Source: Mobula hypostoma
Lineage: Eukaryota
Direction of reading: 5' to 3'
DNA: 64,000 nt
Assembly (NCBI RefSeq): GCF_963921235.1
Contig: NC_086097.1
Span: forward strand, 155,312,001-155,376,000
Shown: positions 51,765 through 64,000 of the stretch, piece after piece
How the letters are laid out: every line of letters begins with the position of its first letter
Position numbering within the stretch: the stretch's first letter is position 1
The notes under the pieces: generated by a model
The model's input: only the letters and a program-made list of their open reading frames with translations
Told to the model about the DNA's origin: nothing
Database searches by the model: none
Program-made: the position numbers and the translations under genes

Positions 51765-52128
51765 GGACCGAGAGTCGGACTGTGGTCGGGTGCTTCCAGG
51801 ATGCTGCATCGGCAAGTTTGCGGCGCGGGAAGCTCACGGCAGGGAGAGCTTTCTTCCTTCTACCGTCTGCGTGAGATGTTGGGGCTTTCGAGAGACTTTG
51901 AGACCTTTTTACTGTGCCCATGATCTGTTCTTCTATCAAATTACAGTATTGCTTGCACTGTTGTAACTATATGTTATAATTATGTGGTTTTTGTCAGTTT
52001 TTCAGTCTTGGTCTGTCTTGTGTTTCTGTGATATCACACTGGAGGAACATTGTATCATTTCTTAATGCATGCATCACTAAATGACAATAGAAGAGGACTG
52101 CGTTGTCCTCATAATCTAATCTAATCTA
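51765..52128 (+). mobile_element. Non-coding retroposon, 5'-truncated copy of 17465-18135
   Basis: 3' hairpin GAGGAC-tgcgtt-GTCCTC 52093-52110 followed by (TAATC)3. Confidence 0.8.
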
Positions 52129-52649
52129 AACATTAAACAAATACCGCTGGTCTTCAGAGTCCGTTGACTTGAAATTCCAATATCTCAGGGAAGGCCGAAT
52201 GCAAACAGCAGTGAAGCATTGTTATGCTCTGTCCAAGTCTCAACAAGCACTACGATGACAAGTATGGAGTTAAGTACTATCATGATTAAATAATAATTAG
52301 CTGACATGTGCAAATTCACAAGCGCAATTGTCGTATCTACTGAGCTGACGATTCTGTGGTTGTGACAATGACTAAACACTGGCATTGACCTAAATTATTC
52401 TTGCAGCATTAAAAAACCCTTTCTGCAACAATAATCTCAGTATATTCCTTGATTAATATAAATAATTTAAACTCTGTAACTCACGCATATATTTCACATA
52501 TGAATTATATCCAGCTCTCGTTACAGAACAATCTGTAAGATTACTCTGTAAGACTATTTCACCTTGTGTACTTTTGAAGGAATTGAAAGGGTTTTGGTTA
52601 ATTAATTTGCTTGATTCATGTCTTATTGTTCTCACCTTGCAGAACTACA

Positions 52650-53165
52650 ATGTATAAGACCATAGGATATAGGAGCAGAATTAGGCTATTTGGCCAATTG
52701 AGTCTGCTCCACCATTTCATCATGGCTGATATTCTCAGCCCCAATCTTCTGACTTCTTCCCTTGATGTCCTGACTCATCAAGATCTATTAACTTCTGCCT
52801 TAAATATACCCAATGACTTGGCCTTCACACCTGCCTTTGGAAGCAAATTCCACAGATTCACCACTCTGACTGAAGAAATCCCTCCTTATCTCCATACTAA
52901 ATGGACATCCTTCTATTCTGAAACTGTGTCCTCTGGTCTTAGCCTCCCCCCACCATAGCAGTCATCCTTTCCACATCCACTCTAACAAGACCTTTCAACA
53001 TTTGTTTGATTTGAAAGCAACCGTTCCCCCCCCCCACCCACCCCATCATCCGAATTCCAGTGAATACAGGCCCAGAGCCATCAAACACTCCTCATATGCT
53101 AAACTTTTCAATCCCAGAATCATTTTCAAACACCTTGGATGTCAGTGCATCCTTTCTTAGATAAG
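52650..53165 (-). mobile_element. CR1 3' fragment
   Basis: ataagaccatag tail and CR1 3' hairpin. Confidence 0.85.
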
Positions 53166-55147
53166 GAGCTTTTTAGAGCAGTTTGTCGTTGAGCCTGTGA
53201 GGTTTTTGGCAATACTGGATTAGGTGCTATGTAATAAACTGAAGTGATTAGGGAGCTTAAGGTAAATGAACCCTTAGGAGTCAGTGATCACAATATGATT
53301 GATTTCAACTTGAAATTTGTTAGGGAGAAAATATAAAGTCTGATGTAGCAGTATTTAATTGGAATAAAGGAAATTACAATGGTATGAGAGAGGAGTTAGC
53401 CAAATACTGACAGGGATAATAGCAGAACAGAAATGGCTTGAGTTTCTGGGAAAAATGAGGAAGGTGCAAGATAGATGTGCTCCAAAAACAAAGGAATTCT
53501 CAAATGGCAAAATAGTACAACCGTGACTTACAAGGAAGTCAAAGCTAGTGTAAAAGCAAAAGAGACGACATACAATAAAGGAAAAATTAGCTTGAATATA
53601 GAAGATTGGTACGCATTTAAAAACCTACAAAAAGCAACTAGAAGAATCTTTAGGAGGGAAAAGATGAAATATGAAAACAAGTTAGCAAACAATATCAAGA
53701 TGGATGGAAAAAGCTTTTTCAAGTCGCAAAAAATAAAAGAGAGATGAGAGTGGATATAGGACTGCTAGAAAATAAGGCTGGGGAAATAATAACAAGGGAC
53801 AAGGGGATGGCAGATGAACTAAATAAGTATTTTGCATCAGTCTTCACTGTGGAAGACACTAGTAGTGTACCAGGTGTGGAAGGGTGTGAGGGAAAAGAAA
53901 TGAGTGCAGTTACTAATACAAGGGAAAAGGTGCTCAAAAAGCTGAAAGACCTAAAGGTACATAAACCACCCAGACCAGAGGAACTGCACCCTGGGGTTCT
54001 CCATACTTTAACTTCTGCTCCTTTGTCTTATGGTCTTATGGTTACTATTCCAAGGGAGAAGGTGCTCAAAAAGCTGAAAGACCTAATGGTACACAAGTCA
54101 CCCGGACCAGATAAACTACTAACAGACATAGTGCCAGAGATTGTGGGGGCATTAGTATTGATCTTTCAAAAATCATTAGACTCTGGCATAGTGCCAGAGG
54201 ACTGGAAAATTGCAAATATCAATCTGCTCTTTAAGAAAGGAGGGAGGCAGCAGAAAAGAAATTATAGACCAGTTACTCTGACCTCAGTGGTTGGGAAGAT
54301 GTTGGAGTCAATTAAGATGAGGTTTTGGAGTACTTGGTGACACAAGAGAAAATAGAACAAAATCAACACAGTTTCCTTAAAGGAAAATTTTGTCTAACGA
54401 ACCTGTTGGAATTCTTTGAGATTACAAGTAGGATATGTAAACGGAATACAGTGGATGCTGTATATTTGGATTTTCATAAGGTCTTTGACAAAGTGCCACA
54501 CATGAGGCTGCTTATCAAGTTAAGAGCCCATGGTATTACAAGAAAGTTACTAGCATGGTAAAAGCATTGTCTGTCTGGTTGGTAGGAGGCAGCGAGTGGG
54601 AATAAAAGGATCCTTTTCTGGTTGGGTTCCAGTAACCAGTGGTGTTCCGCAGGGGTCGGTGTTGGGACAGCTTCTTTCTGTGCTGTATATCAATGATTTA
54701 GATGATGGAATAGATGGCTTTACTGCCAAGTTTGCAGATGATATGAAGATTGGTGGCAGGTCAAGTATTGTTAAGGAAACTGGAAGGCTGCAGAACAATT
54801 TAGACAGATTAGCAGAATGGGTAAGAAAGTGGCAAATGAAATACAAATTTGGAAATTTTGGTAGAAGGAATAAACGTAACCAGGTGACCATTGAATATTA
54901 TTTTTTATTGTTAAAGTGCACTTATGCATTCACCCTAGTACCTGTGCCTTTAAGAGAAAACAGTGATGTCATTACACACATGCAGAGCAGAAGAAAGAGT
55001 TACCTGATGTCTTAGAAAGAACATCAAGTACTGCCAGCTGCTTTCCTCCACCCCCCCCCACCCCGTACAGTAAGATTTTTCACTGCTTGAGTCAACTCTC
55101 TAATGGCTTTGCCTTGCTCTGTGACTACTTTAAGGACATGTCTAGAG

Positions 55148-55624
55148 CAGCCTTTATCAACCTTTTGGCCCTGGGGGATCTCTGGAAACAATTTACAGGT
55201 CTTGGGGAAAGTTCATGTATCTTCCTGGAAAAATCACGTTGCAAAAGGTAATCTTGAAATGTTTCCACTGCTTGAGCTTGAGAGTGAGGAAGGATATCAG
55301 AAAGTCTTGAGTCTTAATGAAAACAGAAATTTATTATGTTTGCCTTATGAATTTTTAAAATTTATGAAAGGGAAAGAAAGAGATGAATTTCAAGAAAGGT
55401 AAGCTAATCTTAAATACCAGTTTTTTTTTCAAGAAAGGTTGGCTAAAAATTCATTCTCTACTCAAAAGAGCATTGAGTATTATTTTTGGTTTATTATATC
55501 TACAACTTGCTGATCATGCTAATGTACCACGAGCTGGACATACAATAATTTTTATGCAGAGGTTCCCTGAGACCTGAAAATTGTTTCCAGAGTTCCCCCA
55601 GGGCCAAAAGGTTGATAAAGGCTG
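55148..55624 (+). mobile_element. Internally deleted hAT (Charlie-like) DNA transposon
   Basis: CAGCCTTTATCAACCTTTTGG terminal inverted repeats; TCTAGA-containing flanks; internal WKNHVAKGNLEMFPLL resembles Charlie/FAM200-type transposases. Confidence 0.7.
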
Positions 55625-57039
55625 CTCTAGACATGTCCTTAAAGTAGTCACAGAGCAGGGCCAAGCCATTAGGGAGTTGACTCAAGCAGTGAAAAATCTT
55701 ACTGTACAGAGAGCTGTTGCACATGCTACTAGCAGTAGACCTAAGTTTCAGCCTAGTTTCACAGGGGATGGGCAAGCAATATATTTCAAATGTCAGGTGT
55801 GGGGGGTGGGGGTGGGGGGGCATGTGGCCAAGAATTGCCCACAGGAGTGAAGTGCAAGGGAGATAAGGCCAGAATCCTCCAACCCTCAGCTTGCTGTGAG
55901 TCGGGCAATTTGGGGGTACCTCATAGACTCATATAATGTACAGCCACCCCGTGACCAAGTCCTGTCATTGAGCTTAAGGTATCAGGTGTCGCTGTCCGTT
56001 GTCTCTTAGACACAGGTAGTCAAGTCAGCACCATGTCCGAACAGTTCTTTCGAGAGCACCTGAATGGAGAGGATGAGGATATTTTGTCCACTGCTGGCTG
56101 GCTTAGGGTAACAGCCACTACCGGTCTTGATATTCCTTAACCTGGGTATCTAGAGCTCGAGGTTCAAGCGATAGGCATGAATACACCCCAATTGTGGCTT
56201 TCTAGTAGTCAGGGATCCCATTAGCAGTGAACAACCTGTCCCAGGCAGAGTCGGCATGACTGGTCTGAAGGTGAAAATGGAAAAATGTCATTTTCTGCAG
56301 TCAGAGGTCAAGTTCCTGGACACCAGGTATCAGCCAAGGGGATAGGCACAGATCCCGAGAAGGTCTCGGCTGCTCAGCAGTGGTCAGTACCATCTACGGT
56401 CAAAGACTTGAGATCAGTTTTCGGCTTTTATGGTCATTATAGACGGTTCATTCAGGGATTCTCAAAGATTGCAGGTCTGCTGCATGATGTAGTGAATCTG
56501 TGTCTTTAATACAGGGAGACTTAGTAAAACAAACCAGCTGTTAAAAGTCTTGGACGGAAGAATGTCAAACTGCCTTTGGCTTGCCCAAAGAGAAACTGGC
56601 CAGTTCACCCATCTTCGGCTTTGATGATTTCACACAAATTTTTATCATGGAGACCGATGCCAGCAGTCGTGGACTAGGAGCTGTTTTATACCAGCAACAG
56701 GGAGAGACAAAGAGGGTTATTGCATATGCAAGCCGACGATTGAGAAATGCTGAAAGGAATGATATGAATTGTAGCAGCATGAAATTAGAGCTGCTTACAC
56801 TAAAGTGGGCTGTAGCAGAGAAGTTTCGTGGTTACTTATTGGGTTTCAAATTCACCATAATAACTGTGACAGTAATCCGTTATCCCGCTTGAAAACTGCC
56901 AAGTTGGGAGCAATTGAGCAGAGATGGATCTCACAGTTGTCAGAGTTTGACCTTGATGTTTAGTATCGTCCCGGTCGGAGCAATACCATAGCTGATGCTC
57001 TCTCTACACAGCCATTTGGAGAGGTGTCTGAGCCTATTT

Positions 57040-58768
57040 CACAAGATCACAAGACAAAGGAGCAGAAGTAGGCCATTCGGCCCATCGAGTCTGCTCCGCA
57101 GCTCCCCCATGAGCTAAACTATTCACCCATCTAGTTCCAATTTCCAGCTTTTTCCCCATATCCCTTTATACCCTGACTAATTAGATACCTGTCAATCTCC
57201 TCCTTAAACACCCTCAATGATCGGGCCTCCACAGCTGTATGTGGAAACGAATTCCACAAATCCACCACCCTCCGGCTAAAAAAATTTCTCCTCATCTCTG
57301 TTTTAACTGGGTACTCTCTAATTCTAAGACTATGGCCTTTTGTCCTGGACTCACCCACCAAGGGAAACAACCTTTCCACATCTTCTCTGTCCAACCCTTT
57401 CAACATTCGACACGTTTCTATGAGATCCCCTCTCATTCTTCTATACTCTGATGAATACAATCCAAGAGCCGACAAACACTCCTCATATGTTAGCCCCTGC
57501 ATTCCAGGAATCATCCTCGTAAATCTTCTCTGAACTCTCTCTCCAACATCAGTACATCCTTTCTAAGATAGGGGGCCCAAAACTGCACACAGTATTCCAA
57601 ATGAGGTCTCACCAATGCCCCATAGAGCCTCATCAACACCTCCTTACTCTTATACACTATTCCTCTTGAAATGAATGCCAACATAGCATTCGCTTTTCTT
57701 ACCGCCGATCCAACTTGGTGGTTAACCTTTAGGGTATCCTGCACAAGGACCCCCAAGTCCCTTTGCACTTCCGATTTTTGAATTTTCTCCCCATCTAAAT
57801 AATAATCTGCCCGATTATTTCTTCTTCCGAAATGTACAACCGTACATTTGTTAATGTTGTATCTCATCTGCCATTTCTTCGCCCACTCTCCTAAACTAAG
57901 TCTCTCTGCAACCTTTCCCTTTCTTCAACATTTCCTGCTCCTCCACCTATCTTGGTGTCATCCGCAAACTTAGCCACAAAACCATTTAATCCTTAAACCA
58001 AATCATCGATATACATCATAAAAAGAAGTGGCCCCAACACCGACCCCTGCGGAACACCACTAGTAACCGGTAACCAATCAGAATAGGATCACTTTATTCC
58101 CACCCTTTGCTTTCTGCCTATCAGCCAATGCTCCACCCTTTCCAATATCTTTCCTATCATTCCGTGGGCTCTCATCTTATTCAGCAGCATCATATGCGGC
58201 ACCTTATCGAAGGCCTTTTGAAAATCCAAATACACAACATCCACAGCCTCTCCCTTGTCAATCTTATTCGAGATTGTCTCAAAAAATTCCAATAGCTTGG
58301 TGAGGCAGGATCTTCCCTTCATGAAACCATGCTGGCTTCAGCCTATCTTGTCACGCACCTCGAGGTATTTCATAACCTCGTCCTTGAGGATTGACTCCAA
58401 TATCTTTCCAACTACCGATGTCAGACTAATAGGTCTGTAATTTTCTTTTTGCTGCCTCCTTCCTTTCTTAAATAGCGGAACTACATTCGCGACCTTCCAG
58501 TCCTCCGGAACCATGCCAGATTCTATTGATTCCTGGAAGATCATTTCCAATGCTTCCCCAATCTCCAAACCCACCTCCTTCAGAACCCTTGGGTGCACCT
58601 CATCCGGACCGGGAGACTTATCTATTCTTTGTCCACTTAGTTTCCCAAGCACTTTCTCTCTAGTAATCTTGACTGTACCTAATTTTATTCCCTGATACCT
58701 CTGGCTATCAGGTATATTGCTCATGTCTTCCACTGTGAAGACTGATGCAAACTACTCATTCAGTTCCA
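57040..58768 (-). mobile_element. CR1 RT-to-3' end, nested in Gypsy pol
   Basis: KSPGPDEVHP, YLDFQKAFDKV, LVRPHLEYCVQFWAP, GIKGYG; cacaagatcacaagac tail. Confidence 0.95.
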
Positions 58769-58907
58769 AATGGGGTTACTGTGTGCTGTAGTTGAGGATG
58801 AGAAGCATGGGGAATGTTATCAGCTTCTGCCACCTACCAGCTTGAGGAATAAAGTGTTCGGGTATGTACATGACTCTATGGGTCATCAAGACAAAGAGCA
58901 TACTCTA

Positions 58908-59043
58908 TGTAATATTGATGTGACTCGGACACCGCTGTCGATTGAACAACCACGTTTATTCACCAGACTTCCACTTTTTACTTTTTCCACGTCCTGAGGT
59001 CGTACGCACTCTGACGCTACGAATACTCACACAATACAGTACA
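58908..59043 (-). mobile_element. Very short solo LTR (136 bp) with 5-bp TSD
   Basis: TGTA...TACA; CTCTA at 58903-58907 and 59044-59048; AATAAA on the minus strand; integrase sequence resumes after it. Confidence 0.75.
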
Positions 59044-59733
59044 CTCTACACATGTTGAGCAGCAGATGTCTTTGGATGGGCACGCACGAGGATGTGGCAC
59101 AGTGGATCAAAAATTGCCCGTGTTGTGTTTTAACTAAAATGCCACACCCGGAGATCCGCCCACCCACCCCGTGAAGTTATTTCTTGCTTCTAAGCCGCTC
59201 GAAGTTGTTGCTGTAGATTTCACTGTGCTTGAGCCGGTAACTGATGGGCATGAGAAAGTTTTAGTAGTCACAGACATTTCTACAAAATTCCCCCACGCGT
59301 TCCCCACTTGGGAACTACAGCAAAGGTGCTCTTGAGGGAATGGTTTTTGAAGTACGGTGTTCCTGAGAGGTTGCATTCTGACCAGGGCCGTAACTTTGAA
59401 AGTGAGGTCATAACTGAGCTTTGCAAACCGTACGGGGTAAAGAAAAGTCGTACTACACCCCAGTGTGTACTAAACACTCAGTGTGAGCGTTTCAACAGGG
59501 CGATGTTTGATTTGTTGCCTACGTTGTCTCCAGAAAAGAAATGCAGGTGGCCAGAGCATCTACTCGAGTTAGTGTATGCGTATAATGTGACGCCTCACGC
59601 AACCATCGGATATTCCCCTTATTACCTACTGCTCCGTGTTGATCCCCACTTGCCTGTTGATTCTCTGCTGGGGCAGGAACAGTCTGTAGACAGGAAATAG
59701 CCACACAGAAGAAACAACTGAATGATGCTCATG

Positions 59734-60085
59734 CAGACATCCCACCTCCCCCAGAAGTTCCGGGAGTCTCCCACATATTAATAGAGGCTCCCTGATGCCT
59801 GCAAATTATATACAATGTCCCGGAAATCAATTTTTTGAGAGCGAGGGAGCGCGAGAGCAACCACAAGAGAGAGGAGAGAGCAGAGAGGAGAGAGGGAGAA
59901 AGAGAGGAGAGAGGGAGAGAGAGAGAGAGAACGAACGAGAACGAGAACGTTTTTCAAACTAGCTGGCTGGCTGCTCAGGAGCTACTCTATTGCAGACATC
60001 CTACCTCTCCAGGAAGTTCTGGGAGTCTCCCGCAAATTGATGGTGCTGCCTCCCTGAAATGAGTTTTTGCAGGTTGGGATGTCTG
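59734..60085. mobile_element. Non-autonomous DNA transposon (MITE, possibly hAT-type) with internal GA repeat
   Basis: CAGACATCCCA...TGGGATGTCTG termini; flanks CTCATG/CTTATG; second left end at ~59993. Confidence 0.75.
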
Positions 60086-62214
60086 CTTATGCCAGAGCAA
60101 AAGAATACTCCGATCAGAAGGCTGCAGAATGCATTGCCTTACAGGAGGATAAAATTTCAAGAGCGTGAACAGAGTCGACATCCGGCCCTGTAAGAACGTT
60201 CCCACCCCAGCTCCCCAAAGGAGACTGCAAACTCCGATAATTCAGGCTAGCCCTCGCCTGGGACATGAATCAGATTCTGGGGACTCGGAGAATGGAGTGA
60301 TACTGGGGTAAATGTGTCAGAATAGGGTGTACAGAATCTTGACCCTAGCCTTGACAACATGTTTGCTGGAACTGTACAAACTCCGGGAACTGAGACTGCA
60401 GCGCCAGCGACTGCTGATACAAGGTCAGGTGTTGGTAGTCCTCTCGTTGCAGCATCCTGCGGGAGTAAAAGAGTAACTGCTGGACAGCACTCCAACGCAC
60501 ACCTCGAACCAAGGTCAGTCCGAGATGTGGCCTCCATAATTCCTGCAGAACTGTCCCAGATACTGGGTAGTCTAAATTCAGTTCCCTTTAGAGAAGCAGT
60601 TAAAGAGGTGAAAAGTACCGTTGTAGAGAGTGAATAATTGAGGGCGCTTGCCTGTATTCAGGGGAGAAATGTAACCAGGTGACCGCTGAATGTTGTTTTT
60701 TATCGTTAAAATGCACTTATATATTCACCCTGGCAATGCTAAGCGGCTGCCTTTGCCTTTAAGAGAAAACGGTGACATCATAGTTTACGTGCGGTTAGAA
60801 AGAAAGAGTTAAAATGTTCTAGAAAGATCATGGAGTGCTTGGAGCGGCTCTTTCTCTCCCCTCGAGGAGTACTGGACATATGGCGAGGAAAGGTGAAATA
60901 ATATTTGATAATATCGACGTAAATTCGTTTATACTTGTCTGTAATCTGGAATATGGTATTTTGACAAGTTTTGCATGTAGATGCTTTAAATTTTCGCGAG
61001 TAAGGTATCGGCGCTGAACAGTGTGATAGGGTGAAGTTCTTTATCGACCTAGTAGGTTAGACTTTCTAGTAATTTAACTATAAGGCAATATCTTGTAAAA
61101 GTTTATTTTTGTCTTTATCGTTTCATGACTGAATGTGAATTTAACGGAGTAATGTGAATCTCTGTTCGGGTAGCGTGACCGAGAGTATTTCATTTCAGGG
61201 TCTAGTCTATACTGTTTAGAAGTTAAGCAGGTGAATCCCAAAATGAGTATACCTTTTGGTTAAGACGAGATATATTTATTTCTATTTTTGATGTGTTTAA
61301 GGTATAGGGTTGATGGGATTCTAATGTTATTTGTATTGTCTTTTTTAAAGAATTGACACTACCATATAGGTTTTGTATATTTTGTTTCATTTTCATACTG
61401 CATACATAACAAGTTGATTCACAACTGTGTGAACCGAACTTAAACTGAAATTGTAACAGCAGGAACTGTTTCTTTAAATTCATTTTGTTGTTTTTATTTT
61501 CATACCCTCTTTCTGCCTAAACCAGACAAAAGAATTGAAGACCCAAAAAAGTGTTTGTTGTCCCGAGTGTGTATTTTTCCCAGGCTTCATAACTGTGCAG
61601 ACTGTTTTCTAAATGGGGAGAAATCCAAAATTATGAGATGCAAAGGGTTCTGGGAGTCCTGCAAGATTAAATTGCGGGTTGATTTGGTGGTGAGGAAGGC
61701 AAATGCAATGTTAGGACTAATTTCAAGAGGTCTAGAATATAAGAGCAGGGATGTGATACTGAAGCTTTATAAGGCACTGGTGAAGCCTCACCTTAAGAAA
61801 TGTGAACAGTTTTGGGCTCCTTATCGAAGAAAAGATGTTCTGGCATTGGAGAGGGTTCGGAGGAGGTTCACCAGGATGATTCCAGGAATGAAAGGGTTAT
61901 CAACAAGGGGCATTTGATGGCTCTGTACTGGTTGTAATTTCGTAGGATGAGGGGAATTTCATTGAAACCTTTTGAATGCTGAAAAATCTAGACCGAGTAG
62001 ATGTGGAAAGGACGTTTCCAATGGTGGGGGAGTCTAGGACAAGAGTGCACAGCCTCAGGATAGAGGAGCATCCATTTAAAACAGAGATGCAGAGAAATTT
62101 CTTTAGCCAGAGGATGGTGAATTTGTTACCAAAGGCAGCTGTGGAGACCAGGTTGTTTGGGTATTTAAGGCAGCGATTGATAGGTTCTTGATTGAACATG
62201 GCATCAAAGTTGAT

Positions 62215-62940
62215 CTGACATTAACTTTAAATTCCTGGATGTCACTATCTCAGAGGACCTATCCCAGACCCGTCATATAAATGTAATTGCAAAGAAAGCA
62301 CTTCCTCAGGAGTTTTCAGAGATTTGGCATGATATCAAAAACTTTGACAAACTACTATAGATGTCTACTGGAGGGTGTATTGACTGGCTGCATCATGGCC
62401 TGGTATAGGAACACCAATGCATTTGAACAGAAAATCGGACAAAAGATAGTGGATTTGGCCCAGTATATCACAGGTAAAATCCTCCTAACCATTGAGCACA
62501 TCTCCATGAGACACTGTCCTAGGAAAGCAGCATCCATTATCAAAGATTCCAGCCTCCCAGACCTTGCTGTCTTCTCACTGCTGCCATCAGATAGAAGGTA
62601 CAAGAGCCTCAGGGCCCACAGCACCAGGCTCAAGAACAGTTACTATCCCTCAACCATCAGGCCCTTGAACCAAAGGGGATAGCTACACTCATCTATTGAG
62701 ATGTTCCCACAACCAATGATCTCACTTTAAGGGCTCTTTATTGAGTTATTTCATGCTCTTGTTATTTATTGCTATTTATTTATATTTGCATTTGTACAGT
62801 TTGTTGTCTTCTATGCACTACGTGATCTTTCATTGATCCTGTTATAGCTACTACTCTATACATTTTCTGAGTGTGGCGCAGGAAAAAGATTCTCAGTTGT
62901 ACGTGGAGACGCAGGTCCTCTAATAATAAAATTTACTTTG
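62215..62940 (+). mobile_element. Rex1/Babar-type LINE 3' end
   Basis: ORF 62287-62682 FLRS..RFGM..LTNYYRC..EGVLTGCIMAWY..FSLLPS.RRY..KNSYYPSTIR. Confidence 0.9.
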
Positions 62941-64000
62941 TTCGATATAATTGAGGAGTGAAAAGGACCATAAATTGACTGTACTTCAGATTCACAGTTT
63001 AATTAACTCAAATACCATAACATAATATTGTGAACTTAAAACTCAGACCATATGAGTGATAGCGTGGGTGAATTTTGATCCTGCTTTATTTTTCTGACAA
63101 AGTAAGAAAGAGAGAATTTATTCCCAACAGGATCATTAATTTCTTTCATGAATGGGAATCTCTATCAGTGACTGATTCACACCCTGCATTCTCCACTTCC
63201 ATGTTATGTAATTGTTTCTTGGTATCCTCTGAAATAATCAAGATCTAATCCTAACTCTGAGCCTTAATGCTGCTTGGCCTGCTGAGTTCCTCCAGCATAA
63301 TGTGTGTGTTGCTTGGATTTCCAGCATCTGCTGATTTTTCTCTTGTGCTAAAGTAAATGCTGTCACTGCTCTTTATCAGGTCACCTAATAGTAGCCAATA
63401 AGTGAAAGTTTCCTACTGATTAATTTTTATATATAACTATTGTTTGGCATGGTTTATAATAAAATAATTGCTTTTCCCTTTCTTTTGTTCCTAAAATAAT
63501 TTGGGTGAGGTGTTGGAAGACAGTGAAGTTAAGATTTTTTTTAATATGTATGCCAAACAGGGTTGCTATCTTCAACGTCAGGTAATTGTGCATGTGGAGT
63601 ATATTTTACCAAAAGATTTGTCATTTTCATTTAGTAAATGGACCAATACCAAGTAGCTTTTTAACGCAGACTTACTCTTGGCAACTTCACGGTACTCCAG
63701 TGTGAGTGGGTACTCCTGGAGTAGAGTTCTTATTGAAGATTAAGCTGCTGAGGTATGATTGTGTGCCACCTGTAGCAACTCAAGTCAATACATCCCTGGA
63801 TCATGGCAGGTCAATATGCAGCTGGAAATAACTGGATGCTCTCCAGCCAGGTGAAGTACAGTTTGATCTCTTGAATGTACCTGAACCATTCATCCTGACT
63901 CTGGGGTTACACGTTTTTTTTTAACATTTTGTTTTGCACAGTAGTCGTGAGGTTCATCAAAGTTGAGAAGAGTCAATGATTCCCAATTTTTTTTTTCTTT

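Larger units (their letters stand above)
54875..61589 (+). mobile_element. Decayed Gypsy LTR retrotransposon: truncated 5' LTR, gag end, protease, RT end, RNase H, integrase, 3' LTR 60670-61589
   Basis: (c/t)gtaaccaggtgacc at 54875 and 60670; purine tract aggggagaaa before the 3' LTR; FKC...GHVAKNC; LDTGSQVS; ETDASSRGLGAVL; LHSDQGRNFES; flanks TAAA/TAAC. Confidence 0.92.
53168..62210 (+). mobile_element. CR1 ORF2, decayed, split by a Gypsy element (CR1 parts 53168-54874 and 61590-62210)
   Basis: [25 protein letters not shown]; ggtagaaggaataaa rejoins tgtgcagactgttttctaaatgggg; LYKALVKPHL. Confidence 0.9.

Noticed and set aside
59835..60062. Arg/Glu-rich ORF
   Set aside because: Translation of a GA microsatellite inside a MITE
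63561..63581. 21-nt micro-exon candidate (cag|...cag|gtaatt)
   Set aside because: Weak pyrimidine tract, no host gene context, and such signals arise by chance
63670..63770. Minus-strand segment between tacag and gtaagt
   Set aside because: All three frames contain stops; no support as a coding exon

Overview
Eukaryotic, transposon-saturated vertebrate DNA. The CR1, Rex1/Babar, Penelope and tRNA-SINE mix suggests a cartilaginous fish such as a ray or shark (inference). No intact host gene, rRNA, true tRNA or CRISPR array is visible. Most of the window is decayed and deeply nested mobile DNA: many CR1 LINEs (esterase ORF1 plus APE/RT ORF2), Rex1/Babar-type LINE ends, a Nimb/I-group LINE with RNase H, an L1/Tx1 3' end, a young HERO-like restriction-endonuclease LINE fragment, Penelope-like elements, several Gypsy remnants, four solo LTRs with target-site duplications, hAT and Tc1 derivatives, and SINEs. 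The one host-derived locus is an unprocessed phospholipase C delta (PLCD1-like) pseudogene on the + strand (about 36.5-42.2 kb), with a duplicated PH-domain exon and a mutated U12-type donor. The most striking signal is a predicted non-circularly permuted hammerhead ribozyme with a kink-turn in stem III, in the 3' UTR of the HERO-like element (29291-29363, minus strand). Decayed minimal hammerheads also occur in the Penelope termini. All calls come from reading the sequence by eye, and boundaries of decayed repeats are approximate.
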